From a virus (lineage: Duplodnaviria; Heunggongvirae; Uroviricota; Caudoviricetes), in the IMG/VR virus record IMGVR_UViG_3300046542_000361: 64,000 nt of DNA; one strand, written 5' to 3'. The notes beneath the pieces were generated by a model. It ran no database searches. It had not been told where the DNA came from and was given only the letters and a program-made list of their open reading frames with translations. Made by a program: the position numbers and the translations under genes. This document shows, piece after piece, positions 9,522-18,410 of the stretch (position 1 is its first letter; each line of letters opens with the position of its first letter).

Positions 9522-9785
9522 TCAATCACCGGCCAGCACGGCTTTAACGAGCGCGTTCAGACGCTTGTCCTCGAGTGGGTAGCCCTGCTCGGCCGCCCAG
9601 ACCATAATTGCCGATCGGAGCAGGCGGACGCCTTGCCCATCCTCCTCCTGCTGCTGGTCGAGGATCCACAACAGCGCCGTGCGCCTGGTGCCCTCGAGCC
9701 CGAGCTCCTTGTCCTTGATCATCGCCCAACCCTCTTCAGAATCAAGCCAGTCGGCATAGTCTCGCAGTTCGCTAGCGACGGTCAT
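9522..9785 (-). CDS. hypothetical protein
   Basis: ATG with strong RBS AAGGAG. ATGA coupling. Confidence 0.6.
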   Translation of the reverse strand: MTVASELRDYADWLDSEEGWAMIKDKELGLEGTRRTALLWILDQQQEEDGQGVRLLRSAIMVWAAEQGYPLEDKRLNALVKAVLAGD

Positions 9786-9991
9786 GCCGGCTCCTTATTG
9801 ATCTTGCCGCAGGCCGGGCAGGGAGCTTCGTAATAGCTGTAGTGGCTGTTTTCCACATAATGCTCGTCGCAGTTAACGACCCACTTGTGACCGCAGCCCG
9901 AGCCCGCAGGCACTTTGCAATCCTCGCAGGTCATTCTGACCGTGGCCTCACGGTCGACCTCAAAGCGGCCCATGTTCGTATAGGTGGTCAC
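9782..9991 (-). CDS. small zinc-ribbon protein (CEDC…CGHK…CDEH…CPAC)
   Basis: Cys4/His pattern. GTG start with RBS AAGGGAGAG. Confidence 0.55.
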   Translation of the reverse strand: MTTYTNMGRFEVDREATVRMTCEDCKVPAGSGCGHKWVVNCDEHYVENSHYSYYEAPCPACGKINKEPA

Positions 9992-10217
9992 TGTCGCTCT
10001 CCCTTAGTCTGTGTTTGCGCTTGCCGGCAACGCGCTTCTCGCGGCGCCTGGTGTTCGGGTGCCGGCCGTCCCGGTTAGCGCCGTCGAAGCCGTGGGCGCT
10101 CTCACGCCGCGGCATTTCGCAGAAATATGGCTCGAGATCACCGAGGCCGCGCCAGGTGCGCTCCATCGGCTGCGGACCTCGGGCGTGCCAATCGACCGTG
10201 CGGCGGGTGCGGCTCAC
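9960..10217 (-). CDS. Arg-rich small protein (GTG start, coupled to the upstream stop)
   Basis: GTGA overlap with the 10214 gene. The composition is unusual for this genome. Confidence 0.3.
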   Translation of the reverse strand: MSRTRRTVDWHARGPQPMERTWRGLGDLEPYFCEMPRRESAHGFDGANRDGRHPNTRRREKRVAGKRKHRLRESDSDHLYEHGPL

Positions 10218-10456
10218 GGTCGTTTCGCCTTCCTGAGCGGCTGGGCGATCAACCTGGTCAATTTGATCAGCGTGGCGACCTGGTGCTCGACCTTCTGCAG
10301 ACGCTCATGCATTTCGAGGAAGAAACGCCGGCGCTCTTCCTCGTCAACCGGAACCTCGGCGTCACAGACGGCGCAGCGCTGGAAGCCCTGAATGTGTTCC
10401 TCGGCGTCCGGAAAGGCCGTGCCCTGACCGCAATTGCAATATCGCCAGACACCCAT
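10214..10456 (-). CDS. small zinc-binding protein (CNCG…CAVC)
   Basis: RBS GAGGAGAAGGG. Confidence 0.55.
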   Translation of the reverse strand: MGVWRYCNCGQGTAFPDAEEHIQGFQRCAVCDAEVPVDEEERRRFFLEMHERLQKVEHQVATLIKLTRLIAQPLRKAKRP

Positions 10457-10689
10457 CAGCCCTTCTCCTCTGCCAGGTGGCCCTTCCAGGAGACGCGGTA
10501 TTCGTCGAAGTCAGCCTTGGTGGCCGGCCGGAGCGTGTCGCTCGGCGAGATCGGCACTGGCCCACTCAGACGATCGTAGGTGCTGCCCTTGAGGATACTG
10601 GCGTGAAGAATGCCAAACCAGCCAGGCGTCTCCTCGATCGTGTAGCCGAGCGTGTGCTCGTTGAGGACGAAATATTTCGGATTGGTCAT
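10456..10689 (-). CDS. hypothetical protein
   Basis: ORF track. RBS GAGGAGA. Confidence 0.55.
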   Translation of the reverse strand: MTNPKYFVLNEHTLGYTIEETPGWFGILHASILKGSTYDRLSGPVPISPSDTLRPATKADFDEYRVSWKGHLAEEKG

Positions 10690-11069
10690 GCCTCTGCGAT
10701 CTCCTCGGGTGTGGCCGCCCGGACTGCCTCGTGGCTGAAGCGCATATCATCGTCAGTGTGCCAGCCGTCGCCGCGCGTGTAAGTGCCAGTCACGCCGACA
10801 ACCACGAACCAGCCTTCGCCAGGCGGGTCGATGAGACCTTGGATCGTGTAGTCGAGAAACCCATAGCTGCGCTCGTATTCAGCAGCACCTGTGACATCGT
10901 CCTTGCCGTTGATAACGGTCGTGGATTCGATGCTGAAGTTCTCCCAGTCGGTCTTGGAGCCGGCCAGATCGTGCATGATCACCTCGATCAGGACGTCCTC
11001 GGGCGAGGAGAGGTCGATCGGACAATCTTCGGCGTCATCAGACTCCACAGGCGTAGGGGTGAGCTGCAT
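10686..11069 (-). CDS. hypothetical acidic protein (start at MQLTPTPV, ATGA-coupled)
   Basis: The ATG at 11069 overlaps the stop of the 11069..11506 gene. Confidence 0.55.
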   Translation of the reverse strand: MQLTPTPVESDDAEDCPIDLSSPEDVLIEVIMHDLAGSKTDWENFSIESTTVINGKDDVTGAAEYERSYGFLDYTIQGLIDPPGEGWFVVVGVTGTYTRGDGWHTDDDMRFSHEAVRAATPEEIAEA

Positions 11070-11506
11070 CAGTCCACACTCCATTCTTCGACCAGCTCCT
11101 CGAGCGTGGCGTAAACCTTCAATGTCTTGCCTGCCGGCTTATCCATCACGATGAGCCGGTTCGCCTCGTTGATGTAGCCGAACTTCATGATGTGGTTGTT
11201 CGCCTCAGTGACCCAAGGCTGCGACTTCAGCGGCAGGATCGGGTAGGACGGCCAGTGCGACGAATCCTTAATCCGACGCGCATCCTCGGCCATGCGCTGC
11301 GTCTTGAACGCCTGTTTGATATCCCGGCGATGGCGACCGCGCTTGTGCAGCTCTTCAGTGAGCCAGCCGGCAGGATCTTCAGCGCATTCGGCGAGTTCGG
11401 CCAGGTGGGTGAGATCCCGCGCTGAGAGCACAATAAAAGGCACCAGGTCAGGATCGAGCTTGAGCTGGCTCCAGATGGATTTCGGATCACTCGTCATCGG
11501 CGTCAT
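11069..11506 (-). CDS. hypothetical protein
   Basis: ORF track. Confidence 0.55.
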   Translation of the reverse strand: MTPMTSDPKSIWSQLKLDPDLVPFIVLSARDLTHLAELAECAEDPAGWLTEELHKRGRHRRDIKQAFKTQRMAEDARRIKDSSHWPSYPILPLKSQPWVTEANNHIMKFGYINEANRLIVMDKPAGKTLKVYATLEELVEEWSVD

Positions 11507-11963
11507 CCTCGATTGGTGTGAGCTGGTTAAACACCCATCGCTGGCCGCTCTCGCACAGATAAATGGTCATGCCATTGATGCTCTGCGTCACCTGGTCGTC
11601 CCAGTAGAGATCGGTGCCCTGGCCGTCGTAGTTCGGCGTGCCGTCTGGGTTTATACCGTTGATGCGGTTACAGGCGGGCACGATCTCGGCGGTGCCGATA
11701 ATCAGCTCGCCATGAGGCGTCTTGTAGCGCTGCGGCTTAACCTCGAGCTCGGCGCGGTAGTTATTGAGCGCATCCTCGACCTCGGTCTTGGTGATCAGCT
11801 CCATCGCCTTGACGGCAGCGGCCCAGGCTTTCTCCGATCGAGGATCGGTCGCCTCCCAGAACTTGTGCCCTTCCGGCGCCTCGTAGCCCGTGCCGATAAT
11901 ATCGGCGAGCAGCAGACGCGCCAGCTCGTTTGTTTCCATGACGATCTGCTCGTCGGTTCTCAT
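11487..11963 (-). CDS. hypothetical protein
   Basis: RBS GAGGAT. ATGA coupling. Confidence 0.55.
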   Translation of the reverse strand: MRTDEQIVMETNELARLLLADIIGTGYEAPEGHKFWEATDPRSEKAWAAAVKAMELITKTEVEDALNNYRAELEVKPQRYKTPHGELIIGTAEIVPACNRINGINPDGTPNYDGQGTDLYWDDQVTQSINGMTIYLCESGQRWVFNQLTPIEDDADDE

Positions 11964-12190
11964 TGAATATCCTCGTCCAGTTTGAGCTCAACACGAATTG
12001 CCTGAATTTCCGTCTCACCCAGATCGCGGTGCGTGCACTGATCGACCTCGGTGAAACCCCACCAGTTGCCGTCTTCTCCGCGACAAATACGAATGTTGTC
12101 TTCCTGCCATTCGGCACCCGACCAGCACTGGGCGGGCAAGTCCCAGCGGTAATATCCGCTCCCGTCGGTGGATGGATGCCACTCGCTCAC
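11960..12190 (-). CDS. hypothetical small protein (Trp/Cys-rich)
   Basis: GTG start. GTGA overlap with the 12187 gene. Confidence 0.5.
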   Translation of the reverse strand: MSEWHPSTDGSGYYRWDLPAQCWSGAEWQEDNIRICRGEDGNWWGFTEVDQCTHRDLGETEIQAIRVELKLDEDIQ

Positions 12191-12480
12191 GCGTCTTCCC
12201 CTTCCTTCATCCAGGCGTCGAGCCTGTCGTTGGTGGAGTGGTCGGCGATCTGCTCTTCCGGATCCTGGTCAACTTCATTGACGATGAAGGCGTAACCCCA
12301 GCGCTTGCCGTCGGCGTCGAGTATGATGAGGCGCATTTCGTCACACGCCCCGAGCGCTTCCTTGGCGCTGCGCTGACCGGTGCCTTTGTAGTCCGGCTCG
12401 CTCGGGTCGTCGTAGTAGCAGACCATCGTCAAGCCGTTGTTGGCGCAGTGCTTGAGAAGCTGGTTGAGCGTTTTCATCAT
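12187..12480 (-). CDS. hypothetical protein, first gene of an operon
   Basis: RBS GAGGAAAC. The conserved motif (CTATGATCAATCATAG palindrome) lies immediately upstream at 12490-12515. Confidence 0.6.
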   Translation of the reverse strand: MMKTLNQLLKHCANNGLTMVCYYDDPSEPDYKGTGQRSAKEALGACDEMRLIILDADGKRWGYAFIVNEVDQDPEEQIADHSTNDRLDAWMKEGEDA

Positions 12481-12489
12481 GTTTCCTCG

Positions 12490-12515
12490 CGTTGACTATG
12501 ATCAATCATAGAACG
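12490..12515 (-). promoter_or_regulatory. motif copy with perfect palindrome CTATGATCAATCATAG, right upstream of the RBS of the 12480 gene
   Basis: Read directly. Confidence 0.5.
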
Positions 12516-12573
12516 ACAAATCTCGGCATAGTATCTGGCAGTAAGCGGTTGATTTCACTGCCCGAATAGATAG

Positions 12574-13140
12574 TCAGAACCGCCCGAAATTGGGGTTGCC
12601 GGCGTAGGTTCGCGTTGCCTCGGCCTCTCTGCCGTCGGCGCAGACGCTACAAGTGCAGCGGTGCTGCGGCGGCCCGCCGACATGCGTCCATTCGATAGGC
12701 TCCGCACCGACCGTTGCTTTGAAGCCCGTCATCGTATGGTGAACCGTTGAATACTCGCCTTGATCGAGAACCTCCCAGCGGAAGCTATGCTGGGTAACTC
12801 GCATGCAGACTCCGAGCGGCCTTTTGGGGTTAGGCCCGCCTTTCCAGAGATAGTAGTCGAAGCCATCGAGAAAGAGCGCGCTCGTCTGGGCCCATTCGCC
12901 AATCGGATAGGCTGCGTCAAATGAGTCGCGGCCGAGACCTTGCGGAAAGGTCTTGCCGGTGACGCGCATGAACTTCCTGCGCATCGCCTCGAGCGTGCCG
13001 GTATCGTTGTTCTCCCAGTCGCCATCGACGCAGCGGATGACACAGGCCTGGCCGGCGTCCTTGTTCATGGTCAGGAGCGCGTAGTCGCCGGTGTAGGAAT
13101 CCAGCGTCCAGATGCTCTTGTTGTAATTAACCTCGATCAA
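12574..13140 (-). CDS. hypothetical Cys-rich protein ending in the …TYAGNPNFGRF tail (start uncertain; the track's 354-aa Arg-rich N-terminus is spurious)
   Basis: The C-terminal half is protein-like. It shares the C-terminal NPxFGRF motif with three other genes. Confidence 0.5.
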   Translation of the reverse strand: MIEVNYNKSIWTLDSYTGDYALLTMNKDAGQACVIRCVDGDWENNDTGTLEAMRRKFMRVTGKTFPQGLGRDSFDAAYPIGEWAQTSALFLDGFDYYLWKGGPNPKRPLGVCMRVTQHSFRWEVLDQGEYSTVHHTMTGFKATVGAEPIEWTHVGGPPQHRCTCSVCADGREAEATRTYAGNPNFGRF

Positions 13141-13526
13141 AGCTTCATCTCCAGTTGACCGGTCACACGACGCCAGCAGTCGATCACCATGCCGAAGTCC
13201 GATTTGTAGGCGAGCTCGCGCCCGAGGTGGCCGGCGAGCCGGTAGTTCACCTGCTCGAGGTAGATCCAATCGATGCGCCGGCCGCCGAGTTCCGGGCGCT
13301 CGTCCAGGTGCCGCAGCAGCTCGGTGAAATAGCCTCGGCCGCGGTGCTTCGCAGCCAAGGTGATGTTGTGGATCGAGAAGACGTTGTCGCGCGCCTTGTC
13401 CTCGATGCGCCTGACGCCGAAGCGCCAGGTGACGGTCCATATGTCGTTGCGAACGTCGCCACGGGATTCGCCGAGCCCGACATCGCTGTGCAGGTGGTTG
13501 AGCATGTCGGCGACGATCTTGGTCAT
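13137..13526 (-). CDS. GNAT-like acetyltransferase (putative)
   Basis: Motif …LAAKHRGRGYFTELLRHL… resembles the GNAT acetyl-CoA-binding motif A. Assignment from short motifs only. Confidence 0.4.
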   Translation of the reverse strand: MTKIVADMLNHLHSDVGLGESRGDVRNDIWTVTWRFGVRRIEDKARDNVFSIHNITLAAKHRGRGYFTELLRHLDERPELGGRRIDWIYLEQVNYRLAGHLGRELAYKSDFGMVIDCWRRVTGQLEMKL

Positions 13527-13924
13527 TTGCGTTTCCCCGGAAAGCGATTGATGCAGCGCTGCGGCCGGCTCTTGCCGGCGAACTTGCTGGTGCCGTTCTT
13601 GTTGCGGATGAAGGTGCCTTCCCAGCGCCAGATGCCACCGTAATGATTGCAGCCGCGGTTGACCTCGCTACCCAGGTGATCGAAAAGATCGGTCGCGAAC
13701 CAGGGTGAGCCTGGCAGCTCGTCGCCGGCAGCGGTCTTGAAACCCCAGTCGATCGGCATAACGTCGCTGTAAATGGTGAACGTCCAAAGGATGAAGCCGG
13801 TGTAGGTCTCCTTCACCTTTGGCGCGAGGTGACCCCAGGTATTTTGATAGACCGCCTCGACCTGGCCGACGAGCGGTGTGCCGAGCTCTGCTGCGCGTAG
13901 GGCCGCTGCCTTCGAGACGTTCAT
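13523..13924 (-). CDS. hypothetical protein (about 133 aa from MNVSKAAALRA)
   Basis: ATG at 13924 overlaps the stop of the upstream gene (ATGA). Confidence 0.5.
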   Translation of the reverse strand: MNVSKAAALRAAELGTPLVGQVEAVYQNTWGHLAPKVKETYTGFILWTFTIYSDVMPIDWGFKTAAGDELPGSPWFATDLFDHLGSEVNRGCNHYGGIWRWEGTFIRNKNGTSKFAGKSRPQRCINRFPGKRK

Positions 13925-14181
13925 GCCGCCTCCTTGCGAGCGTCCATCATCTCCCGCGTCTCGAACATGGGGTGCTTGAGCCGAGGCTGATAGTTCCGCT
14001 GCCAGTCGCGCAGGTTGATGCTGTCGAACTCGATCTGGTTGCGGCAGCTGTCGCAATACCAGGAGTAGGAGCCGTGGTTATACCAGCGTGCCGGGGCGGC
14101 CTGGCAGCGGGTGCGGTTGCAGGAGCCGTTCTCATGGCCCTTGTCGGGCTTATTGGGGCCGTTGTAATCGCCATAGGCCAT
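13921..14181 (-). CDS. Cys-rich small protein (CNRTRC…CDSC)
   Basis: ORF track. Confidence 0.5.
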   Translation of the reverse strand: MAYGDYNGPNKPDKGHENGSCNRTRCQAAPARWYNHGSYSWYCDSCRNQIEFDSINLRDWQRNYQPRLKHPMFETREMMDARKEAA

Positions 14182-14405
14182 CAGAAGCTCTCCGGCGTCG
14201 TGTTCATCGTGGTCAGATCAGCCTTCCACCAGGCCTTGAGCCACTCGAAAGCTTCGGGGTGGCTGGACTCGCAGGCAATTTCCATCGCCTGGTAGAGGGT
14301 GTAGCCGGCGTAGGTCGTCTCACCCTTCTCGTTGGTGCCGTTCAGGTCTATGACGACCGGCTCGAACTTCTTTGCTGCGTTCCTGGACATGTGACTGCTC
14401 CTCAA
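14181..14405 (-). CDS. hypothetical small protein
   Basis: The conserved motif lies upstream at 14403-14428. Confidence 0.5.
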   Translation of the reverse strand: MRSSHMSRNAAKKFEPVVIDLNGTNEKGETTYAGYTLYQAMEIACESSHPEAFEWLKAWWKADLTTMNTTPESF

Positions 14406-14457
14406 TCAATGTTGACTTATCAAATGTCGCACATCGCGACAAGGATTCCGGTAGGTT

Positions 14458-14712
14458 TTATGTGGCTGACGTCAGGGATCGACGCGAGCTGGCTTCGCCT
14501 CGAGCGGCCCGTCGGATCTGCGATACGACATTGAGCTCGGCCCGGTGATCGTTGCCCTGGCCGTCGCCGCGCTGCTTCTTCGGGCAGCAGGCTGCCAGCG
14601 TGTCGTTGACGAATATCCGAATGTGTTTCTTCCCCTCCTCGAGACGCCAGTCGGCGCCGATCTCCTTGAGGGCGGCCTGTGTCTTCTTCGAAAGGCAATT
14701 GAAAAGCTTCAT
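14458..14712 (-). CDS. hypothetical small protein (Cys pair CCPKK)
   Basis: ORF track. Confidence 0.5.
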   Translation of the reverse strand: MKLFNCLSKKTQAALKEIGADWRLEEGKKHIRIFVNDTLAACCPKKQRGDGQGNDHRAELNVVSQIRRAARGEASSRRSLTSAT

Positions 14713-14786
14713 GTGTCCTCTAAGCTGTTGTTTACTCTCTGTTATCGCATGAGAGCGTCAGGGCTGCACTCGGGAGCGTTCGGTAG

Positions 14787-15125
14787 CTAGAACCGCCCGT
14801 AATTGGGATGGCTAGCATATGGGTCGACCGGAATGATCGGGACTTCCGGCACCGGTGGCCGGTAGGGGCTGTTTTCGAACCGCAGCCAGGTCTCATGGAA
14901 ATACTGGGTGATCTGCGCCTCGGTCCCGCCGCTCGGAATCGGACCTTCCGTGGTCGCGCCGGTCAGGCGATCAACGATGCGCCATTTGAAGGCGTGGTGA
15001 ACCTTGACCTCTTCCTCAATCAATTCATCGTTAAGGTCGCCGATTCCTAGCCACTCTTCCTCCTCGATGAGGAGGCCGATGTAGCGATCGCCTTCTCGTA
15101 TCTCGACAACCGTCTCCAGGAGCAT
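14787..15125 (-). CDS. hypothetical acidic protein (about 112 aa from MLLETVV) ending in …DPYASHPNYGRF
   Basis: Its start overlaps the stop of the 15125 gene. Carries the C-terminal GRF-tail motif. Confidence 0.55.
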   Translation of the reverse strand: MLLETVVEIREGDRYIGLLIEEEEWLGIGDLNDELIEEEVKVHHAFKWRIVDRLTGATTEGPIPSGGTEAQITQYFHETWLRFENSPYRPPVPEVPIIPVDPYASHPNYGRF

Positions 15126-15577
15126 CAATAATCCTCGGCGTAGAAGATGGTGAGCACGCGATGCGTCACCTTGGGATCGGCCGGATTCTCCGACAGGTTC
15201 TCCATCGCGAGGTCGTAATAGTCGATCTTCCACATGTAGCTCTGCCCATCGATCTCGAAAGAGCCGAAGTCGTGCTCGCCGTATGGATCGTCCTTCGCAT
15301 CGAACGCGGCGTAGTTCTTTACCTGCTCGACAGCCTTGACGATCTCGTCAGCTTCTGCGTTCGCCAGACCGCCTGCGATAAAGATCTCGCCGCTGGCCTC
15401 AAGCCGGCGCAACTTGTCGTTCAGAGCGCGGACGTCCGACGTCCATTCGTCGAGCTGGGCGACGACCCAGTCGTTGTAGGAGAGATAGCTCGGAAGCAGC
15501 AGCCCGTCGGTCTTGACGAGGGCGCGCCATTTCTCATAGGTGAAGCGGTCGTGCTGGTTAGATGCGGTCCAGGTCAT
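15125..15577 (-). CDS. hypothetical protein
   Basis: RBS GAGGGA. Confidence 0.55.
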   Translation of the reverse strand: MTWTASNQHDRFTYEKWRALVKTDGLLLPSYLSYNDWVVAQLDEWTSDVRALNDKLRRLEASGEIFIAGGLANAEADEIVKAVEQVKNYAAFDAKDDPYGEHDFGSFEIDGQSYMWKIDYYDLAMENLSENPADPKVTHRVLTIFYAEDY

Positions 15578-15578
15578 T

Positions 15579-15875
15579 TCATCCCTCGTCGGTTAGGCAG
15601 CCCTGCTGCCGGCTGTATTCCATGAACTTCTTGACCTTCTCGCGCTTGCGGATGACCATACTGACGTCGCGGTAAAGCTCGATCTCGGCCTCCTCTGCCA
15701 GCAACTCCTGGGTCGCCTGAAGGTCGTTCCATTCGTGGTTCAGCCGTTCGGTGTTGTTGAAGGTCTGACCCGGCTGCACCTCATCGGCGCCGAACGTCAA
15801 AATCTTGGTGGCGCGCTGAGCGACCTCGAGGCATTCCTCGATGAACTTGGTGAGCAGGTATTCGCGTTTGTTCAT
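15579..15875 (-). CDS. hypothetical protein (from MNKREYLL)
   Basis: ATGA overlap at 15872-15875. Confidence 0.5.
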   Translation of the reverse strand: MNKREYLLTKFIEECLEVAQRATKILTFGADEVQPGQTFNNTERLNHEWNDLQATQELLAEEAEIELYRDVSMVIRKREKVKKFMEYSRQQGCLTDEG

Positions 15876-16243
15876 CGGACTTTCCCCTCCTTGACTAGAC
15901 GGATGGCGATCGCCTGCGTGGCGCGCTGGAGCCACTCCTCGCGCTCGTCAGGACTGAAGCAGCCGTCGCCCTCCGGATAACCCTCGAAAATCGTGTCGCC
16001 ACCGCAGTCCGGATAATCGACGCGGAAGAAGCCATGTCGCAGGCGCAGATAGCCAACCGGCTCCTCGCCGAGGAAGGCGTCATACTGCTCGGGGCAGGCG
16101 CCACAGGTCTGCTCAAGGCGGATCTCGACCTCTTTGATCTCGACGCCGGTCGGCATGCCAGCGTCCGTGTGCGTCTCGCAGGCGTGAAACTCACGGCCGG
16201 CGAAGAAGCAGCCGCAGGCGACGCTGATGACCGAGACGCTCAT
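15872..16243 (-). CDS. Cys-rich protein (multiple CxxC-like pairs)
   Basis: RBS TAGGAGCG. Confidence 0.55.
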   Translation of the reverse strand: MSVSVISVACGCFFAGREFHACETHTDAGMPTGVEIKEVEIRLEQTCGACPEQYDAFLGEEPVGYLRLRHGFFRVDYPDCGGDTIFEGYPEGDGCFSPDEREEWLQRATQAIAIRLVKEGKVR

Positions 16244-16455
16244 GCTGCGCTCCTACCTTCGACATGCTGACGCGCCAGCGCGTCGAGACCTTCGCCTTCG
16301 GAGATCGAAACGACGCCGTAATCCTCGCAGCCGCAGGTCAGGCGCCGGTTCGGCTTCACGATGGAGAACGGCACGGTGTTAACCACGGTGACGTGGTTGC
16401 AGCCGGTGCATTTCAGGTAGCTGCGAAAGGTCGGTGCTTCACGCTTCTTGGACAT
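16240..16455 (-). CDS. zinc-ribbon small protein (CTGC…CGCEDYG)
   Basis: RBS AGGAGAT. Confidence 0.55.
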   Translation of the reverse strand: MSKKREAPTFRSYLKCTGCNHVTVVNTVPFSIVKPNRRLTCGCEDYGVVSISEGEGLDALARQHVEGRSAA

Positions 16456-16999
16456 TGGCGATCTCCTGCTTCTGTTGTTCGATCTGATCCATCGTCAGCG
16501 ACCAGAGCACCTTGTCGCCGCCGCGCAGCACGGCCATCGCGTCTTCCTTTTCCTTCAGGAAAAGCGGGGCGAAGCTCGGCGCCAGCACCGCGACGTTCTT
16601 GGTGTTGTCCTTGATATCGGCGATCTTGACCGTCTGAACGGCCCACGGGGCGAGCGCCAGGCGCTCAACGTTGATCTGGTGCCGGTGCTTACGATTGCCG
16701 GCCGCCTGGCCGATGTTGGTAAGGTAGTAGAGCCCCTCGGCGATATCTTCGTCGAACTGAGCACGGATCACCTCAAGCGTGACGCCGGTGTCTTCGACCG
16801 TGTCGTGCAGCCAGGCCATGCAGACCTGCTGCCAGCTGTGATCGGGCAAAGCCTGAACAATCTCAGCAACGGCACGCGGATGAACGATGTAGGGCTCGTT
16901 GGTGAACTTGCGACGCTGGTCTATGGCGTAATGCGCCGCAGTCGCGAAAGCCTCGGCGCGCGCTATCATTTGCTCGCCGTATGCAGAGTAGTAAGCCAT
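16439..16999 (-). CDS. HD-domain hydrolase of the RelA/SpoT hydrolase type (small alarmone hydrolase-like; start MAYYSAYGEQ at 16999)
   Basis: HPRAVAEIV…WLHDTVEDTGVTLEVIRAQF matches the SpoT / Mesh1 (p)ppGpp hydrolase HD signature (HPL.VA…LLHD.VEDT). RBS AGGAG. The motif lies upstream at 17013-17037. Confidence 0.65.
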   Translation of the reverse strand: MAYYSAYGEQMIARAEAFATAAHYAIDQRRKFTNEPYIVHPRAVAEIVQALPDHSWQQVCMAWLHDTVEDTGVTLEVIRAQFDEDIAEGLYYLTNIGQAAGNRKHRHQINVERLALAPWAVQTVKIADIKDNTKNVAVLAPSFAPLFLKEKEDAMAVLRGGDKVLWSLTMDQIEQQKQEIANVQEA

Positions 17000-17072
17000 G
17001 CTGATCTCCTGATAATCAATCAATGTTTATTTATCGCACAGCGCGAGCAGGATTGCGGTAGGATCGCTGCGG

Positions 17073-17321
17073 CTAGAAGCGGCCGAACAGCGGATGCGTC
17101 TCGTATTCGTTGATGGAGATCAACGTCAGCTCGTCCATGATGATTATCTTCGGATTGGTGCCGGCGAGGGTGTCCGCTACCATCTTTGCAGCCTGGGACT
17201 TGCCCCACCGCCTGGCCGACGAAACGATCATCGCGCCACGGCGATTGCCATACCGATCAATCATAGGCTCGATCTCGGCAAGCATCCGCTTTTGGTAGTC
17301 CTTGAGCTCGGGCTGGGCCAT
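17073..17321 (-). CDS. small P-loop-like protein (…SSARRWGKSQ…IIIMDE…) ending in …NEYETHPLFGRF
   Basis: Start at MAQPELKDY with RBS GGAGA. Carries the C-terminal GRF tail. The motif lies upstream at 17368-17394. Confidence 0.5.
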   Translation of the reverse strand: MAQPELKDYQKRMLAEIEPMIDRYGNRRGAMIVSSARRWGKSQAAKMVADTLAGTNPKIIIMDELTLISINEYETHPLFGRF

Positions 17322-17401
17322 GTGAATCTCCGTCGTTGATCTGCTGATAGCGCCTCGAGCGGTGACGGTCAATCAGTTTTTACTGACCGTCACCGCGAAA
17401 T

Positions 17402-17650
17402 CTATGCAGCCTTGGCAGCCTGTTGTTGGTCCATCCAGGCGAGAAAGGCTGCATCGCTTTTGGTATCGGTGCTCTTCAGCGCCTCGCCGACGGCGCGCAT
17501 CAGTGCACTGCGTTGATCCTCGGGATAATCGGTCAGCGGCTTCACCGGACACTCAGAGGCGTCAGGATTGAGCGCGAAGAACTGCCGCGTCATCGCGGTG
17601 AGGAATGCATTGCAGGCGAACTCGAGGCGCTTACGATTGATCTTTTGCAC
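17402..17650 (-). CDS. hypothetical protein (GTG start, no obvious SD)
   Basis: ORF track. The sequence is protein-like. Confidence 0.4.
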   Translation of the reverse strand: MQKINRKRLEFACNAFLTAMTRQFFALNPDASECPVKPLTDYPEDQRSALMRAVGEALKSTDTKSDAAFLAWMDQQQAAKAA

Positions 17651-18044
17651 GAAGGTTGGCTTTCGTCATGATGAAGTTGATCGTCGCCCGGCTCCATTTG
17701 ACCGACCGGACAGGCGTGATGTCACTATTGTCCAGCACCTTCTTGATATCCGCAAGCGAGGCGCCCGGATCATCCTTCAGGATCTCCTCGATGATCGGCA
17801 CGACCAGAGCGTAGCGCTTGCTGGCCTCGAGCTTGGATGCAACCGCGGCTGCCTTTGCGGCGACCTTGGTGCGCTCGGCCGGCGTCATGCGGACACGCAC
17901 CAGCCGTTTACCCGGCAGAATCTCCTCGATCAGGTCCGGAAACTTGGTGAGACAGTTCCGGATAGCGGCGATGATCGTCTCGCCTGTGCGCTGCTCAAGC
18001 GGTATCGTATCGAGGTGATCGCGCAATCTCTTCCTATGCGGCAT
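17631..18044 (-). CDS. hypothetical protein (from MPHRKRLRD)
   Basis: Internal ATG. The track N-terminus is Arg/Pro-rich. Confidence 0.45.
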   Translation of the reverse strand: MPHRKRLRDHLDTIPLEQRTGETIIAAIRNCLTKFPDLIEEILPGKRLVRVRMTPAERTKVAAKAAAVASKLEASKRYALVVPIIEEILKDDPGASLADIKKVLDNSDITPVRSVKWSRATINFIMTKANLRAKDQS

Positions 18045-18360
18045 TGGCGTTCGCGGCAGGGATATCGGCCGCCCCCTGGTTGATGGCAACGGCGAGAATC
18101 GAACTTTGCAATTCCGGCGTCGCGGCGACAATGCTAAGCACCATCAGCGTTTGTCCATTGAGCAAAGCCTGTTTGTCTTCTGTCGTCATCGAGGCATGCA
18201 TTTTCTGCACACCAGCTATGCAAATACCTTGCTGGAACAATTCGGTCTTCCCGTCCTTACGAATGACCAACCCACAGTCGCCGTCATTGAGGTGAAATGC
18301 CCGTGTAGCGGGCTCCTGCCCGATTGCGGCCGTAATGTTCTCAAGGGCGTTCGTGATCAT
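18034..18360 (-). CDS. hypothetical protein, first gene of a minus-strand operon
   Basis: ATG with RBS AAAGGAATA. Divergent from the plus-strand gene at 18626. Confidence 0.55.
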   Translation of the reverse strand: MITNALENITAAIGQEPATRAFHLNDGDCGLVIRKDGKTELFQQGICIAGVQKMHASMTTEDKQALLNGQTLMVLSIVAATPELQSSILAVAINQGAADIPAANANAA

Positions 18361-18380
18361 TTTATTCCTTTCATACTCAT

Positions 18381-18410
18381 AACTTTTAGGGATGCTGTTA
18401 CCTAAAAGTT
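18381..18410. promoter_or_regulatory. perfect 10-bp palindrome AACTTTTAGG-N10-CCTAAAAGTT (operator-like) in a divergent promoter region
   Basis: Read directly. Further partial dyads (TAGTGACTAA…TAGTCAGTTAGAC) follow at 18410-18450. Confidence 0.5.

Noticed and set aside
12574-13638. 354-aa version of the GRF-tail gene and other long N-terminal extensions (3389..7273, 7953..8522, 24130..24573, 17631..18131, 13523..14056)
   Set aside because: The extensions are Arg/Ala/Pro-rich and overlap upstream genes. Internal ATGs with an RBS or ATGA coupling give more plausible starts. The ORF track picks the most upstream ATG/GTG/TTG.
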